Shown: positions 15,092 through 17,593 of the stretch, one piece after another
Layout of the letters: the number at the start of each line of letters is the position of its first letter
Numbering within the stretch: position 1 is the stretch's first letter
DNA from: Verrucomicrobiota bacterium
Lineage (GTDB): Bacteria; Verrucomicrobiota; Verrucomicrobiia; Chthoniobacterales; UBA6821
NCBI GenBank assembly: GCA_008932965.1
Contig: WBXG01000036.1
Location: 1 to 17,593, forward strand
Length of the DNA: 17,593 nt
Reading direction: 5' to 3'
Notes under the pieces: generated by a model
What the model saw: the letters and a program-made list of their open reading frames with translations, nothing else
What the model was told of the DNA's origin: nothing
Databases searched by the model: none
Position numbers and translations under genes: made by a program

Positions 15092-16282
15092 ATGCCATCA
15101 CCTGGAAAATCAAAACAATGGATTTGGAGTCTCTTGATTTTTCTTTTACTTCTCCTCACGGGAATTTCTTTTTTAAAGAATAGTAAGCATACACCTTCAG
15201 AAGAAAAATTTGAGGTTCCTGTTCTAACAGCTCCCCTCACGGAGGAACAACCGCTCTATCAGGATGAAATAATAGATCCTGAGACCACCTACCCAATGGC
15301 TCACGTTGCCTCGATGACCGAATTAGCTGATGGTACATTAGCAGCAACATGGTATGCAGGAAGTGGAGAGCTGGCCCCTGATGTGAGCATCTTTTTTTCC
15401 ACAAAGATACCAGAAGCATTGGTATGGTCTCAACCGAAGGTCATTATGACACGCTTCCAAGCGATTCAGGAACTAGGCCGTTATGTGAAGGGATTGGGAA
15501 ACGCCCTCCTCTTTGCTAGTGAAGATGGGATACTTCACTTGATATACATCACAGTTGCTTTTGGCAAATGGTCAGGTAGCCACTTGAATCTTACCTCTTC
15601 GTACGATGGAGGGTATACATGGAACAAAAGCCGACGCCTCTTTCTGAGTCCCTTTTTGAACCTCAGTGAACTAGTAAAAAACAGTCCCGTTCCACTCGTA
15701 AGTGGGGGATGGGCTGTGCCCGTCTATCAAGAGTTTTTGGCAAAGTTTCCTGAGATCCTCTGGCTCCTCCCTGGTAAAGATGGTTCGTTGAATGCTACTA
15801 AGAGCCGTATTGCAGGAGGATGCTCCTTTTTTCAACCCTCACTCACAGCACTCTCGGAAAAAGAGGGAGTCAGTTTTTGTCGTGATTATAGGTCAGCAGA
15901 AAAAATTTGGAGTACAGAGACTCAAGATGCAGGAAGAACATGGAAGCCCTCTCAACCAACCTCATTGCCTAATCATGATTCGGGAGTTGCTTCTCTAAGA
16001 CTTGCAAGTGGAGCTCTTCTTTTAGCTTTCAATGATGGTGGAACTGCTCGTGATCAGCTACGCCTGGCCCTTTCCAAGGATCAGGGACATACTTGGCAAC
16101 GTATTGCAACCATCGCACAAGAACCTAATGGGGATTTTTGCTATCCTTATTTTTTTAAATCTCACGATGGGCTTATCCATCTACTATATAGTTGGAAGCG
16201 CCGTCATATTCATCATGTCGTTTTTAATGGAGCATGGGTCGAGGCTCAAGATTCTCAGATGTCATGTTCACATTCTCAATAA
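15092..16282 (+). CDS. membrane-anchored BNR/Asp-box repeat protein (sialidase-superfamily beta-propeller)
   Basis: There are three Asp-box motifs (SxDxGxTW): SYDGGYTW, TQDAGRTW and SKDQGHTW. The N-terminal hydrophobic anchor is WIWSLLIFLLLLLTGISFL. The ORF track starts at TTG 15053; I prefer the in-frame ATG at 15092. Confidence 0.75.
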   Translation: MPSPGKSKQWIWSLLIFLLLLLTGISFLKNSKHTPSEEKFEVPVLTAPLTEEQPLYQDEIIDPETTYPMAHVASMTELADGTLAATWYAGSGELAPDVSIFFSTKIPEALVWSQPKVIMTRFQAIQELGRYVKGLGNALLFASEDGILHLIYITVAFGKWSGSHLNLTSSYDGGYTWNKSRRLFLSPFLNLSELVKNSPVPLVSGGWAVPVYQEFLAKFPEILWLLPGKDGSLNATKSRIAGGCSFFQPSLTALSEKEGVSFCRDYRSAEKIWSTETQDAGRTWKPSQPTSLPNHDSGVASLRLASGALLLAFNDGGTARDQLRLALSKDQGHTWQRIATIAQEPNGDFCYPYFFKSHDGLIHLLYSWKRRHIHHVVFNGAWVEAQDSQMSCSHSQ

Positions 16283-16338
16283 TTCAACTCTCTTCTCACG
16301 GGCTAGATCAGCTCCTCCTATTTACTTAAAAAAACGAA

Positions 16339-16971
16339 ATGCACAAAAATATGATTTCTCTTTTTCTCTACGGACTACTCCCATGGCTCCTGATCATGCT
16401 ATTACTGCAGAAAAAAATTCTTAAGAATCGGTTTTTTAGCTCTCCTGGTATTCTTTTTTTTGCTATAGGCGTTTTTGTTGCAGGAATGTTGCTTCTTCCG
16501 ATTAGAGGATTCTCCTTGCTTGTCTGGAGTGCTAGCTTAATGGGTGGGGTGAGCGTCCCACTGGTGGGCTTATTACTCGTGCTCATCATGGAAAAGTTCT
16601 TTTCCTGCACTCTTTTCTCAGCTTGGGAGTGGAGAACAACATGGATTTTTGGAATGCTTAGTAGCCTTATTTTATATCCAGCAGCACTGGGTCTAGGTCC
16701 AATCGATCCTTATTGCTGGGGTTGGGGGAATAACCTTTTTTTAATAGTGATCGCAATTCTTACTTTTTTTCTCCTCGTTACTAAAAATCGTTTTGCCATC
16801 CTAATACTTTTAGCTCTAGCCGCATTTGATTTTCAGCTCCAAGAAACAACCAATCTCTGGGATTATCTCATTGACCCGATTTATGCTGTGCTCGCACTGG
16901 TAATGGGTATGAGATCTCTTTTTTTTAACGAGGAGCCACAGGAGCCCCATTTTCAACTTCTCTTTCGATGA
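16339..16971 (+). CDS. hypothetical polytopic inner-membrane protein
   Basis: 210-aa ORF with about six hydrophobic helices, for example LFLYGLLPWLLIMLLL, ILFFAIGVFVAGMLLL, GVSVPLVGLLLVLIM and LFLIVIAILTFFLLV. I do not recognise the family. Confidence 0.5.
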   Translation: MHKNMISLFLYGLLPWLLIMLLLQKKILKNRFFSSPGILFFAIGVFVAGMLLLPIRGFSLLVWSASLMGGVSVPLVGLLLVLIMEKFFSCTLFSAWEWRTTWIFGMLSSLILYPAALGLGPIDPYCWGWGNNLFLIVIAILTFFLLVTKNRFAILILLALAAFDFQLQETTNLWDYLIDPIYAVLALVMGMRSLFFNEEPQEPHFQLLFR

Positions 16972-17593
16972 GTAAATCTTGATGGAAGAGATACCGAGCA
17001 ATATCCCCCAGAACCATCGCTTGGGTTTCTTGAGCATTAAAACGATCAATGAGGTTGAGACGTCTTCCAATAAGGAGAGCATGGTGAAGGTTTTCTTCGC
17101 TTTGATCCGTGAGTGGTAGGCTAATAATAAAGCGAGGGACTTTGCCTTTCATTGCATCAATGGTGATGGAGGCCTGGTAGTCGTAAGGAATCAGGGCGTA
17201 GGGATGAGGTAGGAGAAACCGATAGGATTCCTCACGTGCATTGAAGTTGATAGGAACCCAAATGCGTTTTTTAACTGCAAGTTCCTGAGAAGCTTCATTA
17301 AAGTGCCCCATCGGTCCATCAAAGGGTCCTAAAAAACAGCCATAGCAAAAATAAAGCAGGAAAATTCCCGGACAGACAAGAGCTCGTGTCCAAAGTGGCC
17401 TCATGATTCCAATAAGGGCAACTGCAATCGTACCAAGAATCACTATCCAATAGCAGAGGTGATAGTGGTAGGATCCCCAGGGGGATGCTGCAAGATGATG
17501 TTCTAACAAGAGTCCTAGAGCCCCAAGACCAGCTGCAATCACGCCAACAGCAAGTAAAGATAGTGAGAAGATCCAGCGCGGAATTTTATCCCA
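16925..17593 (-). CDS. membrane protein, 5' end probably beyond the window (possibly the C-terminal part of a GT39/ArnT-like glycosyltransferase; weak)
   Basis: The ORF track begins at GTG 17542. My translation of the same frame stays open to the window edge (WDKIPRWIFSLSLLAVG-VIAAGLGALG...). Hydrophobic helices are followed by a soluble tail. The family assignment is only an impression. Confidence 0.5.
   Translation of the reverse strand, partial: WDKIPRWIFSLSLLAVGVIAAGLGALGLLLEHHLAASPWGSYHYHLCYWIVILGTIAVALIGIMRPLWTRALVCPGIFLLYFCYGCFLGPFDGPMGHFNEASQELAVKKRIWVPINFNAREESYRFLLPHPYALIPYDYQASITIDAMKGKVPRFIISLPLTDQSEENLHHALLIGRRLNLIDRFNAQETQAMVLGDIARYLFHQDLLIEREVENGAPVAPR

Noticed and set aside
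10185-17082. Remaining small ORFs: 10185..10436, 11103..11297, 11144..11422, 12974..13190, 13443..13676, 14729..15079, 15237..15419, 15792..15998, 16032..16424, 16368..16610 and 16816..17082
   Set aside because: Each lies within, or antisense to, a better-supported gene (candidate T3SS substrate, rplU, UvrD-like helicase, BNR protein, membrane proteins). None has supporting motifs.

Overview
This 17.6 kb window of moderate GC is mostly housekeeping and envelope genes. The gene content looks like the PVC superphylum (Chlamydiota or Verrucomicrobiota), but that is a guess I cannot verify.

Supported genes:
- A pseudopilin-like gene that runs off the left edge of the window.
- hrpB (DEAH helicase).
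- A translationally coupled pair of signal-peptide proteins.
- A 1039-aa tri-domain enzyme: alkaline-phosphatase-superfamily domain, TPR repeats and a sulfotransferase domain.
- A divergently oriented GT9 glycosyltransferase.
- An LcrH/SycD-type type III secretion chaperone followed by a Ser-rich candidate substrate.
- rplU-rpmA, purN and a UvrD/PcrA-family helicase.
- A membrane-anchored protein with three Asp-boxes (BNR), then two polytopic membrane proteins.

I found no rRNA, tRNA, CRISPR array or transposase.

The main signal that gene calls do not explain is a dense family of palindromic, MITE-like elements that I do not recognise. The terminal inverted repeat is approximately YTAACCCGSATATTTCATACTGATC. 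There are five full or near-full copies (1-128, 631-814, 3481-3664, 6161-6434, ~11900-12198) and three terminal remnants.

Four copies lie inside coding sequence as stop-free, in-frame insertions at a YTA leucine codon. The TA-to-TA spacing is exactly 180 or 270 bp by my count. Removing each insert in silico restores a sensible host protein. The termini translate to ...IFHTD... and ...QYEI(S/C)GL whichever strand is read. This resembles the Rickettsia palindromic elements (RPEs).

All analysis was done by hand, so coordinates of degenerate ends are approximate.
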